This document shows, piece after piece, positions 33,528 through 46,123 of a stretch of DNA of 64,000 nt. Origin of the DNA: Octopus bimaculoides (Eukaryota); assembly GCF_001194135.2 (NCBI RefSeq), contig NC_068992.1, forward strand, positions 57,900,179-57,964,178, written 5' to 3'. The stretch's first letter is position 1. Each line of letters starts with the position of its first letter. The notes beneath the pieces were generated by a model that searched no databases, was not told the DNA's origin, and was given only the letters and a program-made list of their open reading frames with translations. The position numbers and the translations under genes are program-made.

Positions 33528-34035
33528 CTTCTTTTATTCTTTTACTTGTTTCAATTAATTCACTGCGGCCATGCTGGAGCACCGCCCTAAAGGGTTTTAG
33601 TTGAACAAATCAACCCCTGGACTTTTTTTTTAACCCTAGTACTTATTCTATCAGTGTTTTTGCCAAACTGTTAAGTTACAGGGATGTAAACGCACCAACA
33701 TCAGTTGTCAAGCAATGGTGGGTGTGAGTAGACAAACACAGACACAAAAACACACACACATAAATACACCCACACATATATGATGGGTTTCTTTCAGTTT
33801 CCGTCTACCAAATTCACTCACAAGGTTTTGGTCGGCCCGAGCCTATAGTAGAAAACACTTGGCCAAGGTGTCATGCAGTGGGACTGAACCTGGAACCATG
33901 TTGTTGGGAAGCAAGCTTCTTACCATACAGCCATATTATATGATGGGTTTCTTTCAGTTTCCATCTACTAAATCGACTCACAAGGCTTTGGGCAACCTGA
34001 GGCTAAAGTAAAAAAAGCACTTCCCTAAGGCACTG
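33528..34035 (-). mobile_element. SINE family A plus a tandem second 5' half
   Basis: Full copy about 33528-33935, followed by a repeat of tatgatgggtttctttcagtttcc... at about 33938. Confidence 0.8.
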
Positions 34036-34776
34036 TGCAGTGGGACTTGAAGTATGAAAGAAAAAATAGACATGAATCAAATGATATGAGACAGGTAGCA
34101 GATAATCTAAGAATGTTGCACCTTATATGGTACCACTTTAGCAAAATTCCGCTAAGAATCTTTTGGGAATGTTACACCCTACACAGTACCATTTCTGGCA
34201 GTGCTGTCAGTAATAGGTAAGAGATCATCTGGGAATGCTACCGCCTTATATGGTACCAGTAAAGCCAATGCTGTCAGGAATAATTAATTAGCTGGTCATG
34301 TTGGAAAGTAACAGCTAAGAGAGATTGGCATCCTATCAAGGGGTGGAGAGAAAGAGAGAGAGAGAGAGAGAGTGTGAGAGGGGCTTTATCTTTTCATCTT
34401 GATGTTGTGCAATCAGCTATTTACTCGCTCCTTGAAAGGTCCTTGGGACTTTGGAGGAGGTCTTTAAATTTTATCGTTACCATGGACAAATGACTGTAAC
34501 AACAACTACAACGACAGCAACAAATATTTACAGTATTGAAACCATCAGTATAAACATTTCCATCTGTTTAGTTTTTTCTTTGTGTTTTTTCAATTTTTTA
34601 AAAAAGAATAAAAATAGCAAAAGAATAAAAACAGATAAGGGTAATTCTTTTTTAGTTCTTTTTTTTTTTTAATTTTAATTGCAGCCAATTAGGGGAGTGA
34701 TTTTCGCTCACATTACCTCCACTTTAGAATATTTATCTCTAATTAACTAAACAATTTTTTGTTTGTTTGTTTACTT

Positions 34777-34809
<33 letters not shown>

Positions 34810-35059
34810 GTAATTAGAAAGAAAAACATCTTCAATTATCCTGAGTCATTCAATGTAATACTCTTACTTATTAGGAACAAAATAATTTATATAATTGTTA
34901 TCATCTGTCAGTATTGAATAAAAGTAACCAAAAAAAAGGAAAAGAAATTTTTTTAAAGTTGCAAATCTTTGTGTGTGAGTGTATATTAATGTTGTTAGAC
35001 TTTTTTTTTTCATTTATACCATTGTGTACACACTAAACATAGACCCATAGACATTGCCA

Positions 35060-35295
35060 CCACCACAAGCAGCATCAATAACAACAGGATTACTACCAGC
35101 ATTTTTATTGAAGTCATCAGCATCATCATCACCATCATCAGCACTACTACCATCACCATCATCACCTCCACCATCATTCCCACCATCACCATCATCACCA
35201 TCATCATCACCACCACCTCCGTCACCACCACCACCTCTATCACTACCTCCATCACCACCACCATCATCATGATCATCTACATTGTCATTATTATT
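35060..35295. repeat. Cryptic (CAT/CAC)n trinucleotide tract
   Basis: Interspersed cat/cac/cct triplets; a similar tract at 57330-57590. Confidence 0.9.
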
Positions 35296-36999
35296 TGCCG
35301 TTTATGTTAACCCACTGCAGAGCAATATTTGACATTCTCACATTTCTCATAATTTCAAGTAACAATCCAATGAGATTTGAAGTCAATGTAACGAACACTA
35401 ACAAATAATTAATATATAGATGCAGATGGCATTGCTGTCTGGGCAAGAAGTTAGCTGTGCAACCACGTATGATCCAGCTGTTTAGTACCTTAGGCAAGTG
35501 TCGTGTACAGGTGCCTCAACTCGACCATCTTTTACAAGTGGAATATGATGGTGTGAAATTTACACGAGCCTGTCGTGTGTGTGTGAGAGCGTGTGGATTT
35601 GGATGGCGTTGTGTATGCTGATATAAAATGGTGCATCTGGTTGTATCACTAATGCATCTGAAGGTATATAAATAATTTGATAAATAGGGGTCGATAAGCT
35701 AAATTTCAGACTGACATGAATAAAGGTGGTGTCCTAGCATGGCTGCAGATCTGCCAAAATCAGTAAAAGAAAGTGAGGGTATGTGTGTGTGTGTACATAG
35801 ATATAACTAGATATATGTATATCTGGCTATCTATTCTACACACACACATGCACACACACACATGCACACACACACACACACATGCACACACACACACACA
35901 CACACACATATATAATAGGCATAAATGCATTGCAGACTTGGAAAATGCCTTTTTCTGTAAAGAGCTCTTGCAAATTGCTCAGTGAAGATTAATAAAATTC
36001 AGATTTGGAGCTATGATATAATATTATTTAAAGATGGCCTAATCAACATGCACTTGAAAATAGCGACAAGTTATATAGGCACAGACATGGCCGTGTGGTT
36101 AAGAAACTCACTCAGCTATCACATGGTTTCGGTTGCAGTCTCACTGCGCTCCACATTGGGTACTGTCTTCCATAACCTTGAGCCAGATTTACTTTTCATC
36201 AGCTCTGGGGGTCAATAAAATATCGTACCAGTCAAGTACTAAGGTTGTTGGTATTGATTAAATTCCTCTCCTCCAAATTGCTGGCTTTATGCCTAAATTA
36301 GAAATGATAATCAGTATTATTTTGGAGAAAAAAACATTATATAAACAGTATTAAAAAGTACTTTATAATTACAAATCTACTTGGCAATTTTCCCCTAAAT
36401 GGACTAACTTGTTCAAGTATGAAAATAACTTTCAGCTTACTGCATCTTTTCAAAAGTTAGAACTGTTGGAGGAGAAGAAGTATAACCAATAGCATATTGA
36501 TTTTACCATTGTCTGGACATTATTGTTATCGGCAGCAGAGATTGACAAATGCTTGTGACATCACTGTGTTTGCTTACTAATTTAATAAATTACTTTGGAA
36601 AGAAAATGGTGGTGGTGACAGTGATGGCATTGGCAGTTTCTAATTTGCCACAGGGGTGTCGGGTGAAGGTTACAGCTGATAGCTTCAATAATTCTTCCTG
36701 GTTTAGGAATAAAGCTAGCGATTTTGAAGGGAGGGTATTTTGTTGATATCATCAACCTCAGTACATTAATTGACTCTGAATGGATAAAGTCCAGTCCTTG
36801 TTGTGATGATTTGTGTGTATCACCAGCAGAACTCCACAAGCTCCTTGTAGAGTCTCCCATGTTAGGGAGGTCGAAGGATAAAGGCCAGATTAATATTGAC
36901 CTCCTGTTCTCAGGGGTAAAAATGGGTTTGCAGAGGGCTAACACTCCTACCTAGAAAAAATGCAAAGTTACAGAAGAAGCTTTAATGACAATTCTAACC

Positions 37000-37215
37000 C
37001 AACAAGATGGGAGAGGTAGGCCTTCCCTCAGGGAAACATGTCTGGACTGGAACCCACAAGGGAGGTGGAAGAGAGGACACTCTAAAAATAGCTGGAAGTG
37101 AGATGTTGAGGCAGATCTGAAAAAGCAGAGTTGAAACTGGAAAGAAGCAGAAAAGGCATAAGTGTTGAGAAGAGTGGAGAAAAGTCATCAATGGCGTAAA
37201 CTTTGTAGAGATTGT
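37000..37215 (+). mobile_element. RTE-clade LINE 3' fragment
   Basis: LDWNPQGRWKRGHSKNSWK*DVEADLKKQS*NWKEAEKA resembles ALxWNPQGKRKRGRPxNTWRR, with stops. Confidence 0.8.
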
Positions 37216-38433
37216 AGGGCTTAAGTGAATGAAAGTGAAAGGTATTTCTGACTTCAGTTGGATCTGAGCTTAGGTCAAGCTTAGTAAAATCACTGTCTTC
37301 CACACATACAGGTTTGTCCTTTCAGGTGCTGGTACCACATAAAAAGCACCTGTGTTGGTGTTGCATTAACGCACTTGTGCCAGTGTTGCATAAATGCACC
37401 TGTAATGGTGCTGCGTAAATGCACCTGTACCAGTGGCGCATAAAGAAGCATCCAACACACTCTGTTAAGTGGTTGGCATTAGGAAGGGTATCTGGCCATA
37501 GAAACCATGCCACAACAGACAATTGGAGTCTGGATAGCTCCCTGCTTGCCAGCTCCATGTCAAACTGTCCAACTCATGCCAGCATGGAAAGCAGATGTTA
37601 AACGGTGATGATGATGATGTAAAGAACCAGAAGAAATATTGTAAAACAGTTTATCTGATTCCAATGATTTGGTCAATCCAATATTCTAATAATGGTTTGC
37701 TTATTGCCTTTTTTTAAATTTAGCCACAAGATCAATGATTTTGAGAAAGGTTGGGGGGTTAGTTCACACCATAGACTCCAGCACTTGACCGGACTTGTAC
37801 TTTATTTTAAAGAATCTCGGCGAGTGGATAAGCAAAACTGACCTCAGTAGGATATGAACTCAGAACATAAAGAGCCAAAAGATATACTGCAAAGCATTTT
37901 TCTGGAATTCTAATGATTCTACCAGCTCATGGAGACCCTCCCTCCTTCTCTCTCTCTCTCTCTCCCTGTCTCCATCTCTCCATCACTCTCTCTACATCTC
38001 TCTCTTTCTATCACTCTCTCACTTGTTCTATCATTGTCTCACTCGCTCTCTTTCATTCCCACTGCCCTTATCTCCCTCGTACATACACTCACACACGCAC
38101 ATGCTCGCTGTTTATTTTGTGATTTGTATAAAATCATATATAATGTAGTTTGTTGTTGATGCAGTTAATTTTTTCCCTTTTCTTTTCCTCTGTATTTTTT
38201 TTTTTTTGCCTGTTTTCATTACTGCTGCTGTTGTTGTTTTTGTATGTAATGTGTTTGTTCTTATTGTCTTCTATTTTTACCTGGGTGACTGAACTTTCTA
38301 CTTAGCAGCCATATTCAAAGACCTGCTTCATTGCGTTTTAAATAGAGTTGAATAGAATACTGACATGCACACACACACACATTTTTATATGTGAGTATTC
38401 ATTATAAGCATATGGTTGTATGTATGTGTATAC

Positions 38434-38481
<48 letters not shown>

Positions 38482-38676
38482 ATGTATGTATATACATATA
38501 TAGGAAAATGAAGAATAAGGCAGAATGCTAAATTGGAAGTATGTTTTAATAAAGATTTCTAACCAGCTTTCATTGCGAAGCAAATTTTCAAGAAGGAGAA
38601 TGAAAAATAAGGATGCATGAGAATTGAGAGTTGTGGTAGGTTTAAAAAAAGGTTAAAAGTTTGTGTTAAGCAGGAA

Positions 38677-38819
38677 GTGTGGTGTTAAAACAGGAAGTGT
38701 GTGTAAGGTGAGACAAATGTTTTTAGTTGGAGTTATGAACTCTTTTTCAACAGGAAGTTTATGTCTGTTCCTAGAACATTTGTCTCCCCTTACACACACT
38801 TCCTGTTTTGACACCACAC
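38677..38819. repeat. 45-bp inverted repeat (2 mismatches) with 53-bp spacer
   Basis: gtgtggtgttaaaacaggaagtgtgtgtaaggtgagacaaatgtt / aacatttgtctccccttacacacacttcctgttttgacaccacac. Confidence 0.92.
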
Positions 38820-39644
38820 ACACACACAAACAGTTATTAATGAGGAATTATCAATCCTGGCAAAATACTCTATAAGCTCTCTGTAAATACAAGTACACTG
38901 GGTAACAAAAGTTTTTTTTAGATTAGTGAAGAACTCTGTGTATGCTTATGGCAGGGTCCAAGGTTCTAGTTTCATTCTATGATATATCGTAAATCCATGG
39001 TTGCATTCCCAGTTAAACTAGTCTTTTACACAAAGTGATATACAAAACAAGGTATAAATAATGGTCTTTACATAGTATTTCAGTCTTGCAAATTCGACTT
39101 ACAGCTGTTTCCCATACTCATTGTGGGTTCATTCATTGATCTGTTTACTCAATCAGCCCATTGATCAGTTGAGAGAAATTGAATGACCGACAAAGATAGC
39201 ATTAGTTTTTTTAAGGTCATATATTTATATGCATACACACACACACACACTCACATATATATATATATATACATACATATATATGTATACTTATATACAT
39301 ATATATAGATATATAGATATATACACATATATATATATCTATCTACGTATATATATAACACACACACATATATAAAGTTATATATGTATATATGTGTACA
39401 CACATACACACACGCATTATATATATGTATATATATATCACAATGAATGACATTCCATCTGGTTGCTGTTGATCTCATTGCTCTGCTTTGTTTATTGTGG
39501 CATGGTACCAAACCTAATTCCATTGCTATTGCCATATCATTTAAAAGCATTGATTTTTCTCTGCTTCCCTATCTTTGTACTTCTGTGAATTAGTAATGCA
39601 TCCCTGATCACAGAATTGCTTTTATGAATTGAGGTGAGTGGTAG

Positions 39645-39675
<31 letters not shown>

Positions 39676-41119
39676 GTTGATGTTGTTGTTGTAGTACTCT
39701 GTACACCTGGCCGTTGGTATTTAGAGTTGTTTTTTGGCTTTATCAGTTATTCCTGAGAGAGAGTGAGAGTGCATGTGTGCGTGAGCGTATGTGCACGCAC
39801 ATATGTATATATGAATGTATGATGTGTGTATATATTAGAACAATTTGTATATGTGTGTGTTTGTGTGTATATATTGGAATAGTTTTGGGTGAAGCATTGT
39901 GTGATATTAAATTAGATAATAAAAACTCGTTAAGGCTGCAACAATGCAAAATGAACTACAAAAGTGAAAAAAGGACAACAGGTGAAGGTTTACCTTATAT
40001 TTTCTATTTTTATTGATATTTCAAGTTTAGGACTTCTCCAGCAGGATACATGGAGAAATGGGAGATGGAATAACACTATTCTCATTGCTTAGATGTGTGG
40101 GAGAGAGTAGTGGCCTGCACAGACTGGTGTTGTTATTGTAGCCAGTTACTTTGTGTAGTTTTTGTGTATTGTATAATGTGGGTTTCATCTTATTAATTTG
40201 GATTTAAAAAAAAAGGATCAAAGGACTTTCCCTAGTCATAGCCTCATAAGGCCTGTTTCCCAAATTTTGTGGCATATATATTCCCTCCCGGGACTGGAGC
40301 AACATGAAATGAAGTGTTTTGCTCAAGAGCACAATGCATCACCTGGTCCAGGAATTGAAACCAGAATCTTACAAACTTGAGTGCAGCATCTTAACTACTA
40401 ATTCACAGCTTCCACATTAATTAGGATAGCCTCATTAGTTCAAAGGCTACCTGTGTTGCATTCCATGGCTTTGATGGATACGATAAAGCCCCAAGTCTGC
40501 CACTTCAGCAGGTGATTTGGCTGAAAGTTACTAGAGTGATCCAAGGGCCATGAAATTCATACATGTCACTTATCATAGTGTTAGTTTAATCTGTGTCAAG
40601 CATGAAATTCTTGGCCCTTGAACTACTTTTTCAACTTATTGCCAATTAATACATAAAAAGTATATATACTCACATACTCATGTTCTCTTTCTCTCCTGAG
40701 ACTGAACCTAAAACCACATGTTGGGATACAAACCTCTTAACCACACAGCCATGCATCTTCCTGTGTGTGTGTGTGTGTGTGTGTAAATGTGCAGATGTAT
40801 GCATCTATGTGTATATGTGTTTGTTCAGATATACATGTATATGTCTATATATAAGTATGTATAAATATCAAAAGAATCAAAGATCCTTCTCAAGCCATAG
40901 GCTCATGAAGGCAATTTCCCATATTTTGTGGCTTATATATTCCCTAACCCCTGGACAGAACACCAGTCTTTCACAGAGTTATTCATTTTTGCCTGCTAAG
41001 TGGACTGGAGCAACCTGAAATAGGGGGTTTTGCCCAAGAGTACAATGCATCACCTGGTCCAGGAATTGAAACCACAATCTTACGATTGTGAGTATGACAC
41101 CCAAACCAAGCCATGTGCC

Positions 41120-41168
<49 letters not shown>

Positions 41169-41435
41169 GCACACACACTCACTCAGTCACAGAACAATAT
41201 TAAAAAATGTACTTGAAATACAAAATATGAGCACCAATTAAAAATGAAGTCATTACTTCTGGTTTCAGGTTACCTCTTTCCAATATGAGATAAGGATATT
41301 ATAAACTTTATGCACAAGTTTGTGTAATTATAGAGCAGTTTGAAGCTTATAAATACTTGGAATTGTAAGATTTAGAATTCATGTCATGTAAAATATTTCA
41401 AATGTGACAGTTGACAAGGTAACTGTCGAGATACA

Positions 41436-41845
41436 GGTGCACGTGTGACTGTGTGGTAAGAAGCTTGCTTCCCAACCACATGGTTCCAGGTTCAGTCCCA
41501 CTGCATGTCACCTTGGGCAAGTGTCTTCTACTATAACCGTGGGCCAACCAAAGCCTTGTGAGTGAATTTGGTCGACAGAAGCTGAAAGAAGCCTGTCGTA
41601 TATGTATGTATGTGCTTGTGTATCTGTGTTTATCCCCCACCGCCATCATCTCTTGACGACCGATATTGGTGTTACTATATCCCTGTAACTTAGTGGTTCA
41701 GCCTAAGAGACTGATAGAATAAGTACAAGGCTTACAAAGAATAGGTCTCGGGGTCGACTTCTTCGCACTGAAAAACCCTTTAAGGTGGTGCTCCAGCATG
41801 GCCGCAGTGAAATGACTGAAGCAAGGAAAAGAATAAAAGAATATG
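41436..41845 (+). mobile_element. SINE family A, full length
   Basis: Head ggtgcacgtgtgactgtgtggtaag to tail aaatgactgaagcaaggaaaagaataaaaga. Confidence 0.88.
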
Positions 41846-41973
41846 TAGGAGAGAGTGAGAGAGATGGACAGGAGAGAGTGAGAGAGATGGACAGGAGAGA
41901 GTGAGAGAGATGGACAGGAGAGAGTGAGAGAGATGGACAGGAGAGAGTGAGAGAGATGGACAGGATAGAGTGA
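41846..41973. repeat. 23-bp minisatellite x5 plus partial
   Basis: Unit caggagagagtgagagagatgga at 41846, 41869, 41892, 41915 and 41938, immediately after a SINE A tail. Confidence 0.95.
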
Positions 41974-42311
41974 AGAAGTATGATGATGGCATCTTGGAAT
42001 TATAACTGCTGGTGTTTTTTTAAAAAAATTTTTTATTGAGCATGGCGGAAAGAACAGTGTCAATGAACTTAGCAGACTAGTGCGCTTGATGCTGTTAATT
42101 TTCCATTGAAACTGGTGCAGATCAATAGCTGCAGGGAAGAGATTCCAGAGTCAGATGATGATCCAGGAGAGGAAAGATTCTTGATTTTTTTAAGATAAGC
42201 TTACCAAATCCTTGCCTGATGGAGGATTCAACTAAAAGGGTGGGTGTCAAGAAGACCAACCATCCAACCATCCATCCATCCCCAAAACACTATACTCTCT
42301 TTTTTTTTTAA

Positions 42312-42520
42312 TCTCTTTTACTTGTTTCAGTCGTTTGACTGCGGCCATGCTGGAGCACCGCCTTTAGTTGAGCAAATCGACCCCAGGACTTATTCTTTGT
42401 AAGCCTAGTACTTATTCTATTGTTCTCTTTTTGCCGAACTGCTAAGTTACGGGGACGTAAACACACCAGCATCGGTTGTCAAGCGATGGTGGGGGGACAA
42501 ACACAGACACACAAACATAT

Positions 42521-42573
<53 letters not shown>

Positions 42574-42745
42574 CATATATACAACGGGCTTCTTTCGGTT
42601 TCCGTCTACCAAATCCACTCACAAGGCTTTGGTCAGCCCGACGCTATAGTAGAAGACACTTGCCCAAGGTGCCATGCAGTGGGACTGAACCCGGAACCAC
42701 GTGGTTGGTAAGCGAGCTACTTACCACACAGCCACTCCTACGCCT
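42312..42745 (-). mobile_element. SINE family A, full length, young (CpGs retained)
   Basis: Near-consensus copy, inverted relative to 41436-41845. Confidence 0.92.
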
Positions 42746-43694
42746 ACTATCTCCTACTATCTTAATAAATCCCATACAACCCATGCCAACATGGAGAGTC
42801 AGATATAAATACAATGATGATGGTGAAAATAATGACATACAGTCTTTCAGGTGGTGTGTGTTCAAATCCCACTCTTACCAGTCGGCTGATTTTTTCGTTT
42901 TTTAAGGCCGTCCTCCAGCGTAGCCACAGTCCAGTAACTGAAGTTAGTAAAGGAATATTTATTGAGTAGATATGTGTGTGTATACTGTGTGTATCATTTG
43001 TGTGTGTGTGTGTGTTGATACAAGCTTGATTGCTGTTGAGAAATCAATGCTGATTACTGTATTGATTTTATTTAATCAGTCTCAACAGGTCGGACAGATT
43101 AATAATTTCTTTTGATTTCTTTGTTTGTAATATGTTAATAGAAGTGCGGTTTAACTCTCATCCTGCTGACACGACACTCATGAGTTCAAACCTGGTTGTT
43201 TCTAGTGCAGCATTGTCGAAATGAACAAGACCCAACCTCTTCATGATTACTTAAGCAGTTAGGTAGAGCAGCTAAATTTCTTCAAATCATAATCAAACAT
43301 CTTTAAAAAAATAGAATAAAAAGAATATTTAATCATCATCATTGTTTTTCAACATCCATTTGTCCATGTTTGCATGTAACGTCGTGGATATCGGTGGCGA
43401 TTTTTTTCTCCCTCCGTTTTTCCCTTCTTTGGACTTTCTTTGTTTCCGACGAAGAGCTCCGCTCGAAACATCATATTCTCTTTCTTTCCTTTCCCGAGCC
43501 TCTAGTAACACAATCTGTATCACGTCCTCACATTGTTGTTGTTTTTTTGTCTTTTTCCTTTGGGGGTTTAGTTCACAAGTGATCTAAACGATTAGGTATG
43601 CTAGGTAAGTGCTGTAACGGATTACTAGGGCTCCAAGGTTATAGCCAAGACAGTAGTTATGGAGCCATTGTAGACTTCCAATATAGCGGATATA

Positions 43695-44000
43695 TAATTG
43701 TTAAAGAGGACAACAAACATTAAGGCAAGACAAACATTTCAGGTCATATTATTATTGGAAAAAATTCACAGTCTTACAGCTGTTTCTGGGATATCCCAGA
43801 GTATGGTATATTCCATCTTTACTCCCTTCCTGTATATTGTCATTCCATTAATATATACCCTTCTCATTTTCCCTATTTGTCTCTGAAGATGGAATAACCC
43901 ATACTCTGGGATATCCCGGAAAAAGCTGTAAGACTTTGAATTTTTTCCAATGATAATGATGTATATGACTTGAGATGTTTGTTGTCCTCTTTAACAATTA
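43695..44000. repeat. About 120-bp inverted duplication containing a hammerhead-like motif (Penelope-like element end)
   Basis: Arms 43695-43819 and 43886-44000; the left arm has a short internal duplication. Confidence 0.88.
43879..43934 (+). ncRNA. Type I hammerhead ribozyme-like motif
   Basis: gtct-CTGAAGA-[12-bp imperfect stem II, loop tactc]-GAAA-aagctg-TA-agac. Stem I gtct/agac. The inverted sister copy reads GAAACAGCTGTAAGAC (palindromic ACAGCTGT). Confidence 0.7.
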
Positions 44001-44071
44001 CATGATAGATCGTTGACCAAACACCATTCAATTTTTTTTTCTCCATGTTTTTCTCCTTGTTTTCTCCGTAT

Positions 44072-44108
44072 TCTTTCTGTTGAAGAGCGTAGCTCGAAAC
44101 GTAAAAGA
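44072..44108 (+). ncRNA. Minimal type I hammerhead-like motif, core variant CUGUUGA
   Basis: tcttt-CTGTTGA-a-gagc(gta)gctc-GAAA-cg-TA-aaaga. Stem I tcttt/aaaga, stem II gagc/gctc, GUA triplet. Confidence 0.65.
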
Positions 44109-44808
44109 CTTTCCGTATTCCCGAGCGTCATACTAATACATCCTTTTGTTGTTTACACCACCTGTCCTCGTCTATTGTTGTTTTTTTTCGTATATTCTCC
44201 CATATATATATATATAGATAGATAGATAGATAGATCACAAGCTGCTAAACCTTTTTCTATTTTCACTCCCTGTTTATTTCTGTGTTCCTTTCTGTCAAAG
44301 AGCATAGGCTTGAAACATTAAAGACTTTCTCACTTCCCAAGCATTAAACTAATACATCTGTTTGTTGTTTACTCACCTATCTTNNNNNNNNNNTATATAT
44401 ATATATATATATATATATATTCGATGGGCTTCTTTTCAGCTTCTGTCTCCCAAATCCACTCACAAGGCTTTTTGTTGGCCTGAGGCTGTAGGCAGAAGAC
44501 ACTTGCCCAAGGTGCCACACAGTGGGAATGAACCTAGAACAATGTAATTGGGAAACAAGTGTCTTACCATACAGCCATGCCTGCACCTATAACTATTGTT
44601 AAAAAGAAAAAGCTACTTGGCCAGGGTGCCATACAGTGGGCTTGAACTTGGCTCCTCATGACTGCAAAAACAAACTTCTTAACTGTTTGGCTAGAAAACA
44701 CCTGACTTAACAATTTCTCTAGAAAGTGAACCTGTGATGGCATCTCTGTGTAATTACATCTGCCAGAAATAGTAACCAAATCTCTCACATACATTGAAAC
44801 TCTTATTA

Positions 44809-44854
<46 letters not shown>

Positions 44855-46083
44855 GGTGTGGGGAATATTAAAATCTGCGTAAAATGCAGTTAAAAGAAAG
44901 GAAAAGTAGAAAAGCGCAAATACTGTTACAAGATATAAAGTTACTTAACACCCATTGTTTGTTTACAAAAAAACACGACTGTTTTAATAATCAAAATTGT
45001 AAGCTATAGCAGTTGTAGAAGTGGTGGTGGCGGCAGGACTTGTAGTTGTTTCTAGTATAAATACAAGGCCAGTTCTATTCAGGCGAGTGATTAGTTGGAT
45101 TACATAGAGCCCACCCTTCCACATTTAACTGGTGCTTTATTTTAGCAACTCTGAGAGGATAGAAGGAAGGAAGGAAGGAAGGCAAAGTTGACCTTGGCAG
45201 GATTTGAACTCAGAACATAAAAGAGTCGGTACAAATTTCTGCTGGGCATTTCGTCCAACACTTTTACATTCCTGCCAGTCGACCTGACGAGAAAATGTGT
45301 GCCACGTTGGAGATAACAAGGCATGTGATTAGCTGTACAACATCTTTGAACTATAATTAAACCCTGGTGTATTTTCAATTAATGTATAGGATAAATAAAT
45401 ACTTTATTAATTAAAAAACATACAGCAACAACAACAACAACAATTGTTTACAGCAACAATCTCTGTTCTTATATGCTTTGATTATTTTGTTGACATTATC
45501 CATATGTTGTTTATAATTTCATTATCTTAAGAGTGATTATACTTCGGAATATATGTTACAATTTAGGCTGATGAGAAACTTTTGCTTGGTCGCTCAACAT
45601 GTTAGCAAATGCAGCTTAAACTCGTTCAGATAACATTTTCATTACCATTATCATTTTAATGTCTACTTCTCCATGCTTGCATGGGTCAGATGGAGTTTAC
45701 TGAGGCAAATTTTTTACAACTGCGTCCTCTTCCTGTTCCCAACCTTCACCTGTTTCTAAGCAAGAAAGTTATTTCCCTATGAACTGACATTTTCTTGCAG
45801 AACTTTGGAAATGAACGATACAGTTTCTGTGACTGTGATGCTGGTGCTACATAAAAAGCACTGGTGATGGTGCCATGTGAAAAGCACCCAGTACACTCTG
45901 CAAAGAGGTTGGCATTAGGAAGGGCATCAAGCTGTTCAAACCATGCCAAAACAGACAATGAAACCTGGTGCGGCCCCTGGTCCTGTCAGTTCCTGTCCAG
46001 CTGTCCAACTCATGCCAACATGGAAAACAGACATTAGATGATGATGTTGATGATGATATGTCAAGGCAACAAAACACAAGTGT

Positions 46084-46123
<40 letters not shown>

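Noticed and set aside
35010-35276. Met/Val-rich and Pro/Ser-rich ORFs (also 57074-57702)
   Set aside because: Produced by (CAT/CAC)n trinucleotide tracts; no flanking splice or homology support.
42040-42260. Possible CR1/L2 3' fragment on the minus strand (SFLSW...LWNLFPA..FQWKINSI)
   Set aside because: Too degenerate to call without a profile search.
42420-42905. Recurrent ORFs such as RLWSARGYSRRHLPKV... and FQSFDCGHAGAPP... (also 57074, 58006, 56883, 30420, 41398)
   Set aside because: Translations of SINE family A copies; no protein homology evident and frames are inconsistent between copies.
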